Assembly (NCBI GenBank): GCA_000993405.1
Contig: LBWB01000001.1
Span: 5,229 to 69,228 of the forward strand
From: Candidatus Woesebacteria bacterium GW2011_GWB1_39_12
GTDB taxonomy: Bacteria > Patescibacteriota > Microgenomatia > UBA8517
Direction: 5' to 3'
DNA: 64,000 nt
Position 1 is the stretch's first letter. Each line of letters begins with the position of its first letter. The translations under genes were made by a program, and so were the position numbers. The notes beneath the pieces were generated by a model. It was not told where the DNA came from. It did not search any database and saw nothing but the letters and a program-made list of their open reading frames with translations. Positions 1 through 11,844 of the stretch are shown here, in pieces.

Positions 1-2217
1 CAACTTAATCCCCCTCATACCGCTTGTTGCTCTGCCCATTGATCTTACGTTGGCCTCAGGAAAGCGTATCCCTTTGCCATTTTTGCTTACAAGAAGAACA
101 TGATCCGATCCCGTTGTTTGGACTACTTTTACTAGCGAATCTTTTGCGTCGAGCTTTATTGCGATAAGTCCGGAAGCTCTTAGATTTGCGAATTCTGAAG
201 TTTTAGTCTTTTTAACTATTCCAAGGGAAGTTGCCATGAGAAGATGTGCACTTTTTGTGCTTAGTGGTAAAATCGACATTATTTTTTCTTCCTGACCAAT
301 TGCCAGTATGTTAACAATTGCCTGGCCTTTAGCCTGCCGTGACGTTTCCGGTATTTCCCAGGCTTTTGTACCGAATACTTTCCCCGTATTTGTAAAGAAA
401 AGAATAGTATCGTGGGTTGTTGCTGAAATTAAATGTTCAATTTCATCCTCTTCTTTTGTTGTCATGCCGGTGACGCCTTTGCCGCCGCGTCTTTGAGTTC
501 TATATGTTGCTCTCGGAACTCTTTTTATGTAACCAGTCTTTGTTATTGTGATTAATGTTTCTTCTTTAGCGATCAGGTCTTCTTCGGAGAATTCCCCGAC
601 CTTCTGTTTATAAATTTTTGTTAAGCGGGTGTCACCAAACTTTTCCTTTATTTCGGTTAATTCTTTTATAATGATCTCCAATACTTTATTGGGATCTTTT
701 AAAATAGCGGTTAATCTGTCGATTAATTTTTTGATCTCTTCGTATTCTTTTTCAATTTTTTCTCTTTCCAAAGCTGCCAATCGTCTTAGTTGCATGTCCA
801 AAATTGCGGTTGCCTGGATTTCGGACAGCTTGAACTTTTTAATCAAATTTTCTTTTGCGTCTTCTTGGGTTCTGCTTTTTCTGATTGTTGCAATAACTTC
901 ATCAAGATTATCGAGTGCAATTTTTAATCCTTCCAAAATGTGGGCGCGGCGCTTTGCTGCCGTCAGCTCAAAAATTGTTCGCCTAGTAACCACTCTTTGT
1001 CTGTGTTTTATGTATTCAACAACAATCTGTTTGAGATTTAAGGTATAAGGAGTTCCGTCAACGAGCGCTACAAAATTTGCGGGGAATGAATTTTGAAGCT
1101 GAGTGTGCTTGTATAAGTTATTAAGGATAGACTTGGGTCGCGCGTCGCGCTTGAGATCAATGACGACTCGCATTCCGTCTTTATCCGATTCATCTCTCAG
1201 GTCTGAAATGCCGACAACTTTTCTATCTTTTACTAAATCGGCTATTTTTTTAACGAGTATTGCTTTATTGACCTGATACGGGATTTCGGAGATGATAATT
1301 TGTTGTCTGACTTTTCCTCCACCTGCACGTTCCGGCGAATCTATAATTTCCGCTATGCCTCTGACTACAATTCTACCCCGACCCGTTGCGTATACTTCTT
1401 TAAGAGAGTTTGCATCATAAATCGCACTGCCGGTAGGAAAATCTGGACCTGGAATAATTTCGGTTAATTCGTCAATTGTAATATCGCTTTCAAACCCCAA
1501 ATCACCCGGCTTTATTTCACCATTGACTTGCCTATTTTCCTCACCCGAAGCCATTAAGCTGATACGCTTGATCACAAAGTTTGTTTGTTCCTCCTGTTTT
1601 TTAGTCTCAAATACGACTTTCCCTTTTTTAATAGTTGCAATGACTGCCTCGACTACTTCGGAAAGATTGTGAGGTGGAATTTTGGTAGCCATTCCTACTG
1701 CTATTCCTTCGCTCCCCATGAGAAGTAGGTTTGGAAGGAGAGCGGGCAAAAATATTGGTTCTTTCAAAGTTGCATCAAAATTGTCCAAAAGATCAACGGT
1801 TTCTTTTTCTATGTCAGAAAGCATAAATTCCGATATTGCCGCAAGTTTGACCTCTGTATAACGCATGGCCGCAGGCGGGTCTCCGTCAACAGAACCGAAG
1901 TTTCCCTGGCCTTTTATCAAGGGGTATCTGAGAGAAAATGTCTGGGCCATTCTGACCAGGGCGTCATATACTGCCATGTCTCCGTGGGGATGATATTTTC
2001 CGAGGACTTCTCCCACAACTTTTGCGGACTTTGTGAATGAGGAGGTGTGGTTTAAGCCCATTTGGTGCATTGCGTAAAGAATTCTTCTGTGGACCGGTTT
2101 TAACCCGTCGCGTACATCAGGAAGAGCACGGGCGACGATTACGCTCATTGCGTAGTCGAGATAGCTTTTCTCCATCTCGGTAACTATTGGGGCTAATTGT
2201 ACTTTTCCGATATCCAT
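1..2217 (-). CDS. gyrA: DNA gyrase subunit A (3' part runs off window)
   Basis: Manual translation from ATG 2217: [57 protein letters not shown]; GyrA-box QRRGGKG near 475-495. Not in the ORF track. Confidence 0.97.
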   Translation of the reverse strand, partial: MDIGKVQLAPIVTEMEKSYLDYAMSVIVARALPDVRDGLKPVHRRILYAMHQMGLNHTSSFTKSAKVVGEVLGKYHPHGDMAVYDALVRMAQTFSLRYPLIKGQGNFGSVDGDPPAAMRYTEVKLAAISEFMLSDIEKETVDLLDNFDATLKEPIFLPALLPNLLLMGSEGIAVGMATKIPPHNLSEVVEAVIATIKKGKVVFETKKQEEQTNFVIKRISLMASGEENRQVNGEIKPGDLGFESDITIDELTEIIPGPDFPTGSAIYDANSLKEVYATGRGRIVVRGIAEIIDSPERAGGGKVRQQIIISEIPYQVNKAILVKKIADLVKDRKVVGISDLRDESDKDGMRVVIDLKRDARPKSILNNLYKHTQLQNSFPANFVALVDGTPYTLNLKQIVVEYIKHRQRVVTRRTIFELTAAKRRAHILEGLKIALDNLDEVIATIRKSRTQEDAKENLIKKFKLSEIQATAILDMQLRRLAALEREKIEKEYEEIKKLIDRLTAILKDPNKVLEIIIKELTEIKEKFGDTRLTKIYKQKVGEFSEEDLIAKEETLITITKTGYIKRVPRATYRTQRRGGKGVTGMTTKEEDEIEHLISATTHDTILFFTNTGKVFGTKAWEIPETSRQAKGQAIVNILAIGQEEKIMSILPLSTKSAHLLMATSLGIVKKTKTSEFANLRASGLIAIKLDAKDSLVKVVQTTGSDHVLLVSKNGKGIRFPEANVRSMGRATSGMRGIKL

Positions 2218-2250
2218 AACAAAAAAAGGCAGGCTCTGAGGCCTTATACT

Positions 2251-2279
2251 ATTTTACCTATTTTGAAGCTGAGAGACAA
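2251..2279 (-). promoter_or_regulatory. putative sigma70 promoter of gyrA
   Basis: TTGTCT-17 nt-TAAAAT on minus strand. Confidence 0.45.
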
Positions 2280-2322
2280 GAGGAAAATCACTTTTAAATA
2301 ACTAGGATATGCTTTCTGAGTA

Positions 2323-2874
2323 TTATCTTTGATGAATATTATTAAATTTCTGAACTATGTCTAACGATTTTAAAAATAAGTTAACTTCAGGAGCATCAAG
2401 TCTAAATGTCCTTATTCCTCTGGGTATGCGTCCGTTCCATTTTGGGGTTTCTTCAATATATAACCACGGGTCAGTTATATAGCCTACGTTATGAAGGGAA
2501 TAAACAAGGTATCCTACTTTATCGTGCAGAGTGCCTCTCTCAACATGTCTAAAAGTAAGAGAAACAACATCTGTTTCTGGAGCCCAAGCGGTTTGTCCAA
2601 GATTTCCCAGCCTGTAGTTTTCTGGTCTATGAAAGATTTGTAAGTCGATAGGGAGAGTGACCTTTTGGAATTTTTGTCTTAAATGACCCACTATTTTATT
2701 TTGTAAAGGGAAAGATTTGGGGCGTATATGAAATGTTGCAACTTCTCCGTATTTAAGTCGATGCCTCTTTTCCGCTTCTTCAAAAACTTCTCTTGCAGAT
2801 CCCCATAGATTAGATAATTCTTGTTCAATTTTGGATTGTTGAGATTCGTCTTTGAGTTCAGTCATAAGCAACAT
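2323..2874 (-). CDS. hypothetical protein
   Basis: 183-aa ORF co-oriented with neighbours; no motif recognised. Confidence 0.7.
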   Translation of the reverse strand: MLLMTELKDESQQSKIEQELSNLWGSAREVFEEAEKRHRLKYGEVATFHIRPKSFPLQNKIVGHLRQKFQKVTLPIDLQIFHRPENYRLGNLGQTAWAPETDVVSLTFRHVERGTLHDKVGYLVYSLHNVGYITDPWLYIEETPKWNGRIPRGIRTFRLDAPEVNLFLKSLDIVQKFNNIHQR

Positions 2875-2915
2875 TTTAACATATCAACCTATAATTTTTC
2901 AAAGTTACTTGAAAG

Positions 2916-3155
2916 TTAGTGAAGACTTTTCGTATTACTAAATAATTTCTGCTGATACGATTTGGTGGCAATTTTTTTTAAGGCTTTCTTTTCGATCTGG
3001 CGGATTCTGGCTTCGGTTACGCCTAACTTTAAACCTATCTTTTCAAGAGTAAGTGATCTTAACCGTCGAATCAAAACATCCTTTTCTTTGGAAGTTAATT
3101 GAGGAAGTTTGTGAATATGGGCAGCAAAGAAACGCCTTGTTCTATTTGCCCGCAT
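2916..3155 (-). CDS. stand-alone sigma70 region 4 (HTH) protein
   Basis: LTSKEKDVL..R..TLEKIG..LGVTEARIRQIEKKALKK matches sigma region 4.2 pattern. Confidence 0.85.
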   Translation of the reverse strand: MRANRTRRFFAAHIHKLPQLTSKEKDVLIRRLRSLTLEKIGLKLGVTEARIRQIEKKALKKIATKSYQQKLFSNTKSLH

Positions 3156-3159
3156 AAAA

Positions 3160-3360
3160 TTATTCTTCAGGCATGATTATCCAACATAAGATATAAGGAA
3201 TAAGACCTGGAAATCCTCCCGGAATAAGAAGGAAAATCAAGATTACTCTTATGGCAACAGGATCGATATTCAGATAATTTGCAATTCCGGCACAAACTCC
3301 CGCCAATTTCCTTCCCTTTTTAGGTCTGACCAAACGCTTTATTTCTTTTCCTTTTTTCAT
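3160..3360 (-). CDS. PspC domain protein
   Basis: RKLAGVCAGIANYLNIDP..IR..YILCWIIMP. Confidence 0.92.
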   Translation of the reverse strand: MKKGKEIKRLVRPKKGRKLAGVCAGIANYLNIDPVAIRVILIFLLIPGGFPGLIPYILCWIIMPEE

Positions 3361-3416
3361 AACTAAATTTTATCATTAATTATTAACTTTTGGAAGCTAA
3401 ACTTACATGTTATTAT

Positions 3417-3887
3417 CTATCCTTTAAATTTTTTCAAGTCTTCCAAGACCTCTTTGGAGTGAATATTTGGATTGACCTTTTCGTAAATTTTGGCAACCTT
3501 GCCTTGTGGATTTATTAAGAATGAAGTACGGATAGTACCAAAATATTCTTTACCTAAGAATTTCTTGAGTTTCCAGACGTCGTAGAGTTTTACAACCGTC
3601 TTTTCCCTATCCGAAAGTATAATAAAAGGAAGGTCGTGTTTCTGGACGAATTTTAGATGACTTGCAACCGAATCAGTACTTATACCAATAATTTCTACCC
3701 CAACCCTTTGAAGATCTTTAAAACTGTCTCTGAATGAACAGGCTTCCGTAGTGCATCCGGGGGTAAAGTCTTTGGGGTAAAAATAAATAAGAACCCATTT
3801 TCTTTTATACTCGGAGAATCTACGGACTTTTCCGTTTTGGTCCGGAAGTTCAAAATCAGGCGCATATGAACCTATTTTAAGTTTCAT
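3417..3887 (-). CDS. bcp: peroxiredoxin Bcp/PrxQ
   Basis: YFYPKDFTPGCTTEAC motif. Confidence 0.95.
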   Translation of the reverse strand: MKLKIGSYAPDFELPDQNGKVRRFSEYKRKWVLIYFYPKDFTPGCTTEACSFRDSFKDLQRVGVEIIGISTDSVASHLKFVQKHDLPFIILSDREKTVVKLYDVWKLKKFLGKEYFGTIRTSFLINPQGKVAKIYEKVNPNIHSKEVLEDLKKFKG

Positions 3888-3888
3888 T

Positions 3889-5913
3889 TCACTTTCCGAT
3901 ATAAAATACTATCAAGGGAGCTATAAGAAGAGCAACGATTTGAACTATTTTCATCATTGGGTTTAAGGCAGGTCCTGAGGTGTCTTTCAATGGATCGCCA
4001 ACAGTATCACCGACGACGGCTGCTTTATGGGTATCACTACCCTTTCCCCCGAGGTTACCGTCTTCGATATATTTTTTAGCGTTATCCCAGGCGCCGCCTG
4101 TATTGCACATATAAAAAGCAAGCGTTAAGCCGGATGCAACAACTCCGCCCAAAAATCCCCCCAGAGTTTGGGCACCCAAAAACCCAACCAGAATTGGCGC
4201 GGAAACGACTATTGCGGCTGGAACCACGAGTTCCTTTTGGGCTGCGGCAGTAACTATCGCAACCGCCCTTGAATAATTCGGAAGTGCTTTGCCTTCCATT
4301 ATTCCTTTAATTTCCCTAAACTGCCGTCTTACTTCCTCAACTACCTGAAAAGCGGCACGCCCTACTGATCCGACGAGCCTCGAAGAAAATAAAAATGGTA
4401 GCGCTCCTCCTAAAAGAAGGCCAATAAAGACCTTGGGTTGGGCTATATCGATTGAAGTTAATCCTGTTGCTTCAAAATAGGTTGCGAAGAGGGACGATGC
4501 CGCTACAGCTGCCGAGCCTACAGCAAAGCCCTTTGTCAGGGCTTTGGTGGTATTTCCAACAGCGTCGAGTCCTGATGTTACTTCTTCTGCTTTTCCCTTA
4601 AGTCCTGCCATTTCTACAAACCCTTGGGCGTTATCGGAAATCGGCCCGAATGTATCAAGTGCCATGATGATACCCGTGGTTGCTAACATTCCCATTCCGG
4701 CAAGTGAGATTCCGTAAAAACCTAAGAAAAGATAACCTACAAAAATTGTTGCAGCGATAATAAGAACCGAAACAAAAGTAGATTCCATTCCATAAGCCAT
4801 TCCGCTTATCAAATTAGTTCCTGCTCCGGTTTGAGAAGCTTTGGCAATTGCCACAACCGGTTTTTCCCCGGGACCGGTGTAATATTTGGTTACATACAGA
4901 AGTGCAAGCATTGAAAAGATTCCGGTTATTGCAGCGTAACCTGCACGGGGTTCTTTCAGAAGGTATATAGCCAAAAACATAAAGATTGCGACTGCGGATA
5001 TGGCTGCAATAATAAATCCGCGAATGAGTGGTTTTATCGGATTCTCGGACTCACTTTTTGCTTTGACAAAGAAAGTTCCCAAGATTGAAGTTAATATTGC
5101 GCCAGATCTTGCCAAAAGCGGAAAAACGACTCCGGGTAAACCAAAGAGTTGCCCGCCAAGGATCATTGCGGCAACAATTGTCAAAGCATAACTTTCAAAA
5201 ACGTCGGCTGCCATTCCGGCACAGTCTCCTACGTTATCTCCAACATTATCGGCAATTGTGGCCGGGTTTCTGGGGTCATCCTCGGGAATTCCTTTTTCGA
5301 CTTTTCCGACTAAATCCGCTCCAACGTCGGCAGCTTTTGTAAATATTCCCCCACCGACCCTCATAAAAAGTGCCAAAAGCGCCGCCCCGAATCCGTATCC
5401 AACCAAAACTTCGGTTGCGTGCTTTGTAACTGCCTCAGGACCTAATCCGATATACGTAAAGTAAGACCATATGTAGATAATGGAAACCCCCAAAAGTCCC
5501 AAGCCCACCACCAACATTCCGTTTACGGTTCCTGCGCCAAAAGCTATTTTCAAGGCTAAACTCAAGCCCTTTTGTGCACCGTTTGCAGTTCGCACGTTTG
5601 CCCGAACCGCTATCCACATTCCAAAATAGCCGATTATTGCACTGAATATTGCACCAAGAAGAAAGGTTACTGCAATTCCGAATCCCAACGTCACCCAAAT
5701 AAGAAGTGCGAGAGCAATCATCAGAGGAAATACAACCCTGAATTGTTTATTAAGGTAAGACATTGCGCCTTCCCGTACAGCCTTGGCAATCTGTTTTAAC
5801 TTATCCGAGCCTTCGTCTTCTTTCAAAACTGCTTTTGTTAAATAAAGTCCATAAACAAGGGCAAAAAGAGAAGTAATTGGGGCAACAAAAAGAGCGATAA
5901 GTTGAATATCCAT
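3889..5913 (-). CDS. hppA: membrane-bound H+-translocating pyrophosphatase
   Basis: DVGADLVGKVE, DNVGDNVGD, GNTTKA, GDTVGDPLKD motifs; many TM segments. Confidence 0.96.
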   Translation of the reverse strand: MDIQLIALFVAPITSLFALVYGLYLTKAVLKEDEGSDKLKQIAKAVREGAMSYLNKQFRVVFPLMIALALLIWVTLGFGIAVTFLLGAIFSAIIGYFGMWIAVRANVRTANGAQKGLSLALKIAFGAGTVNGMLVVGLGLLGVSIIYIWSYFTYIGLGPEAVTKHATEVLVGYGFGAALLALFMRVGGGIFTKAADVGADLVGKVEKGIPEDDPRNPATIADNVGDNVGDCAGMAADVFESYALTIVAAMILGGQLFGLPGVVFPLLARSGAILTSILGTFFVKAKSESENPIKPLIRGFIIAAISAVAIFMFLAIYLLKEPRAGYAAITGIFSMLALLYVTKYYTGPGEKPVVAIAKASQTGAGTNLISGMAYGMESTFVSVLIIAATIFVGYLFLGFYGISLAGMGMLATTGIIMALDTFGPISDNAQGFVEMAGLKGKAEEVTSGLDAVGNTTKALTKGFAVGSAAVAASSLFATYFEATGLTSIDIAQPKVFIGLLLGGALPFLFSSRLVGSVGRAAFQVVEEVRRQFREIKGIMEGKALPNYSRAVAIVTAAAQKELVVPAAIVVSAPILVGFLGAQTLGGFLGGVVASGLTLAFYMCNTGGAWDNAKKYIEDGNLGGKGSDTHKAAVVGDTVGDPLKDTSGPALNPMMKIVQIVALLIAPLIVFYIGK

Positions 5914-5969
5914 TGTTCAAATGTATTTTATTTTAAGTTTTGACGCTTTGCAAGGGTTTCAGCAAAGAT

Positions 5970-5996
5970 TTAAATGTCCAATGTAGCCAATTTTGC
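5970..5996 (-). repeat. 27-bp duplicate of the gyrB 3' end (AKLATLDI-stop)
   Basis: 25/27 identical to 6085-6111; both differences synonymous. Confidence 0.85.
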
Positions 5997-6084
5997 CCGC
6001 CTTATTTCCGCACTCGGCTTTTAGGAATTATTCATTCACGCCTTGTGCCGAAATTTATCGGCGGACTGCAGTTGGCTGTTATTT

Positions 6085-8067
<1,983 letters not shown>

Positions 8068-8089
8068 TTAATTTTGATATCGAGTAAAT

Positions 8090-8710
8090 TCATTTTTGAG
8101 AAGTATTGATAACAAAATTTGTTAGTTGTAAACCCACATTTCCGTTTAAATTAAGACGATTTAGAGTATTCTGAGCAGTCGCTAGAAGACCGGCTTTAGA
8201 TTTGAAATCTTCTTTTTCTTTGAGTAATTCTTGGTGCATAAAGATGATTTGGTCTTGAATAAAGTTAAGCGCATTTTCTCTTTTTCTAATACTATCTATA
8301 TAGGCAATTTTTTCGCCGACTGACATATCTATAAAATTTTCTGGATTTTTATTCAAACCATTTACCTTTGACCTTTTACCTTTAACCCTAACTATCTGGC
8401 ACCTGGAAATAATTGTTGGAAGAAGTTTATGTTCGGAAGTTGAGGTCAGTATAAACTTCACATTTTTCTGGGGTTCTTCCAGGGTTTTTAAGAATGCATT
8501 TAATGCCTCTTCCGTAGCCGTCTCAATATTTCTAATCAAGATAACTGTGGGTTTATCAAAAGACAGTTTTAAGAATTTAGTAAGTTCCCTGACTTCATTA
8601 ATTTTGGTTATCGGAAACTCAAAAATATTTTCTCCGAGACTTTTAGCTAAGTTTGATATTTCCCTTTCTAGTTCTTGAGATTCATGTCCAATAACAAGGT
8701 AAGCATGCAT
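8090..8710 (-). CDS. holB: short DNA polymerase III delta-prime-like protein
   Basis: EALNAFLKTLEEP and LLPTIISRC; no Walker A or zinc module. Confidence 0.75.
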   Translation of the reverse strand: MHAYLVIGHESQELEREISNLAKSLGENIFEFPITKINEVRELTKFLKLSFDKPTVILIRNIETATEEALNAFLKTLEEPQKNVKFILTSTSEHKLLPTIISRCQIVRVKGKRSKVNGLNKNPENFIDMSVGEKIAYIDSIRKRENALNFIQDQIIFMHQELLKEKEDFKSKAGLLATAQNTLNRLNLNGNVGLQLTNFVINTSQK

Positions 8711-8927
8711 GGCTAGCCATTATGTAGAAAAACGACTTGGAAAGTCAAGCAAGTAACAAATGCAAATCTATTCCACTCGTTACTCGCCGATCAGCTGCAG
8801 ACTAATGTGGCGTGACCCTAGACTATTGATTGAATGCTAAACGTGCGGCATAATAGATTAAACTTGGTTTAGATCAAAGATGAAATATTTTTTTGATTTT
8901 TGATTTTTAAAATTTAATTTTAATATT

Positions 8928-10664
8928 ATGGCTGCTCAACCAACTACAACTTCAATCGCAAACGGTGAATCTGCAAAGTCTCTCGCCGACGTTTTGGTGT
9001 CCTTGGGTCTAATGGACGCTTCAAAAGCTGAACAGGTAAAGTTTGCCGAAGTTCAGACAGGAAAACCTCAGGAGGCGATAATAAAAGACCAAGCTCTGGT
9101 TGACGAGACGGCTTTAACCCGCGCCAAAGCTTCTCTTTACAACATTCCTTATCTTGATTTATCCAGCGTTCCTGTTTCCCCGGAAGCTCTGTCCACTCTC
9201 CCCCAAGAGGTTGCCCTAAGGTTTAAAGCATTTCCTGTTTCAATGGATCCCCTAACCAAGGAGATGGTTGTTGCCATGGCAGATCCGATGGATCTTGCCG
9301 CAATTCAGTTTATTGAGCAAAAGACGGGATATTATGCGAAGCCTCACGCCGCCGATCCTTCAAAAATTGAAGCAATGATTGCCACCGGCTACACAACATC
9401 TCTTGCAAAAGAGGTATCGGAAGCTTTAAGAGAAGTTCCGGATAAAGATAAAATCATTACTCTTGATGCAAGTAAAACCGGTCTTATCCGCGAAGAAAAA
9501 GTTGCTCAGATTGTTACTCATATTTTGTCTTTTGCTGTTAAGGCAAGGGCATCAGACGTTCATATTGAACCCCAAGAAAAAGCAACACGGGTTCGCTATA
9601 GAATAGACGGAATACTTCAGGAAAAATTGACTACCCCAAGAGAGCTCCACGATGCACTCATTTCAAGAATAAAAATTCTTTCAGGAATGAAAATTGACGA
9701 AAAAAGAGTTCCACAGGACGGCAGATTCAATTTTAAAGCCGAAGATCAGGAAGTCGATTTGAGAGTTTCCACACTTCCGACAACTTGGGGAGAAAAAGTC
9801 GTAATGAGGCTTTTAAGGAAAACCGGAGGTATTCCGGATTTATCGGAACTTGGATTAAGAGGAAGGGCTTTGAAAAATTTGGAGGACTCAATCCTTCGAC
9901 CCCACGGGATAATTCTTATTACGGGACCAACCGGCTCCGGGAAAACAACCACCCTTTATTCGGTAATCCAAAAAATAAACACTCCCAGAGTTAATATAGT
10001 CACTCTTGAAGATCCTATTGAATATAAAATTGCAGGAGTAAATCAAGTCCAGGTGAATCCTGTTGCAGGACTTACTTTTGCGTCGGGTTTAAGGTCGTTT
10101 TTGAGACAAGACCCAAATATAATCTTGGTTGGTGAAATTCGTGATCAAGAAACTGCTGATTTGGCGGTCCAGGCGGCATTAACCGGCCATTTGGTTTTTT
10201 CAACACTTCATACGAATGATGCCTCAGGGGCACTTCCTCGGCTTTTAGACATGGGAGCAGAGCCGTATCTTCTTGCTTCTTCGATGACAGCAATTGTCGG
10301 GCAAAGGGTCGTAAGAAAGATTCACGAGGGCTGCAAGACAAGCTACGTCGCCCAACCCAAAGTTGTTGAAGAAATGAAGGGAGTTTTAGGCAACCTTTGG
10401 CCAAAAGGGAAAGATAATAGTATTTATAAAGGCAAAGGAGACGTTGATTGTGGCAATAGCGGCTATTTTGGAAGGGTTGCTGTTTTTGAGGTCTTGCCAG
10501 TAACCGAAAAAATTAGTAGGCTTATATTAGAGAGGGCTTCGTCAGCCGAGATAGAGACCGAAGCACGAAATGAGGGAATGATTACAATGAAGCAGGACGG
10601 CTATTTGAAAGTTCTTGAAGGAATAACAACAGCTGAAGAAGTACTAAGAGTCGCTCAAGAGTGA
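8928..10664 (+). CDS. pilB: type IV pilus assembly ATPase PilB/GspE
   Basis: ASDVHIEP, GPTGSGKTTT, LRQDPNIILVGEIRD, TGHLVFSTLH; long N-domain. Confidence 0.95.
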   Translation: MAAQPTTTSIANGESAKSLADVLVSLGLMDASKAEQVKFAEVQTGKPQEAIIKDQALVDETALTRAKASLYNIPYLDLSSVPVSPEALSTLPQEVALRFKAFPVSMDPLTKEMVVAMADPMDLAAIQFIEQKTGYYAKPHAADPSKIEAMIATGYTTSLAKEVSEALREVPDKDKIITLDASKTGLIREEKVAQIVTHILSFAVKARASDVHIEPQEKATRVRYRIDGILQEKLTTPRELHDALISRIKILSGMKIDEKRVPQDGRFNFKAEDQEVDLRVSTLPTTWGEKVVMRLLRKTGGIPDLSELGLRGRALKNLEDSILRPHGIILITGPTGSGKTTTLYSVIQKINTPRVNIVTLEDPIEYKIAGVNQVQVNPVAGLTFASGLRSFLRQDPNIILVGEIRDQETADLAVQAALTGHLVFSTLHTNDASGALPRLLDMGAEPYLLASSMTAIVGQRVVRKIHEGCKTSYVAQPKVVEEMKGVLGNLWPKGKDNSIYKGKGDVDCGNSGYFGRVAVFEVLPVTEKISRLILERASSAEIETEARNEGMITMKQDGYLKVLEGITTAEEVLRVAQE

Positions 10665-10737
10665 GACAGCGCAAAGGACAAACAACAAAGAACAAAATAT
10701 ATTTCTAGTCTTTGCCCTTTGTCCTCTGTGCTTTGTA
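10665..10737. repeat. 7-mer tandem array followed by its inverted copy
   Basis: caaagga caaacaa caaagaa caaaata ... ctttgcc ctttgtc ctctgtg ctttgta. Confidence 0.8.
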
Positions 10738-10746
10738 CTAATTATC

Positions 10747-11808
10747 ATGGAGATTAAACAACTACTACAGTTATCGGTTGACCGCTTGGCGAGCGATCTG
10801 CACATTATTGTTGGCATCCCGCCGCACTTACGGGTGGAGGGTGAGCTGTTCCCTATTCCGGACGAAGCTCCTGTTACACCCGAACTCGTAAATAAATTCA
10901 TCAAAGAGATATTGATTCCAGAGCAGCTTGAGCGTCTGACCGTAAATAAAGAAATTGATTTCTCTCTCCCCTTTAACCAAAATGCTCGTTTTAGGGTAAA
11001 TGCTTATACACAAAAGAATTCGTACGCTATTGCTTTCAGAAGAATTCCTTTGGAAATTCCGGAGATTGATAAGCTGGGTCTTCCTAAAATCTTGCATTCT
11101 TTTACGGGATTAAGGCAAGGGTTTATTTTGGTAACAGGCCCGACAGGTCATGGGAAATCAACTACCTTGGCGGCAATGCTCAATGAGATCAATTCAAATA
11201 GAGCTTGCCATATAGTAACGATTGAAGACCCGATTGAATTTATTTTTAAACCTAAGCGATCAATTATCTCACAGCGCGAAATGGGTTTTGACACTCATTC
11301 CTGGCAGATCGCGCTACGCTCGGTTCTAAGAGAGGACCCGGACGTGGTACTCGTTGGTGAGATGCGAGATTACGAAACGATTGCATCAGCCCTAACCGTT
11401 GCCGAAACAGGCCACCTTGTTTTTGCAACGCTTCATACAAATTCCGCAGCACAAACAATTGATAGAATTGTTGATGTATTTCCGGAAGAACAGCAGGAAC
11501 AGGTCAGACTTCAGCTCTCGAATGTGGTCGAGGCCGTATTTTCGATGCGGCTTGTTCCGTCCGTTACCGGTAAACGTGTAGTAGGATACGAGGTGATGTT
11601 GGGAACAAGCGCGATAAAGACGTCCATTAGAGAGGGTAAAACTCACCAAATTGATAACATTTTGCAAACTTCTACCGAGGTTGGCATGAATACGCTGGAA
11701 ATGTCTTTAGCAGAACTTGTGGGTAACGGCAAACTTGATATGGAAACGGCTCAGTCATTTTCTCTTCGACCAGAAGAATTATTACGTCTTATCAGATCCT
11801 CGAAATAA
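10747..11808 (+). CDS. pilT: type IV pilus retraction ATPase
   Basis: GPTGHGKSTT, LREDPDVVLVGEMRD, SIREGKTHQI. Confidence 0.95.
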   Translation: MEIKQLLQLSVDRLASDLHIIVGIPPHLRVEGELFPIPDEAPVTPELVNKFIKEILIPEQLERLTVNKEIDFSLPFNQNARFRVNAYTQKNSYAIAFRRIPLEIPEIDKLGLPKILHSFTGLRQGFILVTGPTGHGKSTTLAAMLNEINSNRACHIVTIEDPIEFIFKPKRSIISQREMGFDTHSWQIALRSVLREDPDVVLVGEMRDYETIASALTVAETGHLVFATLHTNSAAQTIDRIVDVFPEEQQEQVRLQLSNVVEAVFSMRLVPSVTGKRVVGYEVMLGTSAIKTSIREGKTHQIDNILQTSTEVGMNTLEMSLAELVGNGKLDMETAQSFSLRPEELLRLIRSSK

Positions 11809-11844
11809 GTAAAAGGTGAATGCCCTTTTACCTTTTACCTAACA

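Noticed and set aside
308-1048. Plus-strand ORFs 308-496 and 629-1048, and the many other short antisense ORFs in the track
   Set aside because: Shadows of well-supported genes on the opposite strand (here gyrA)
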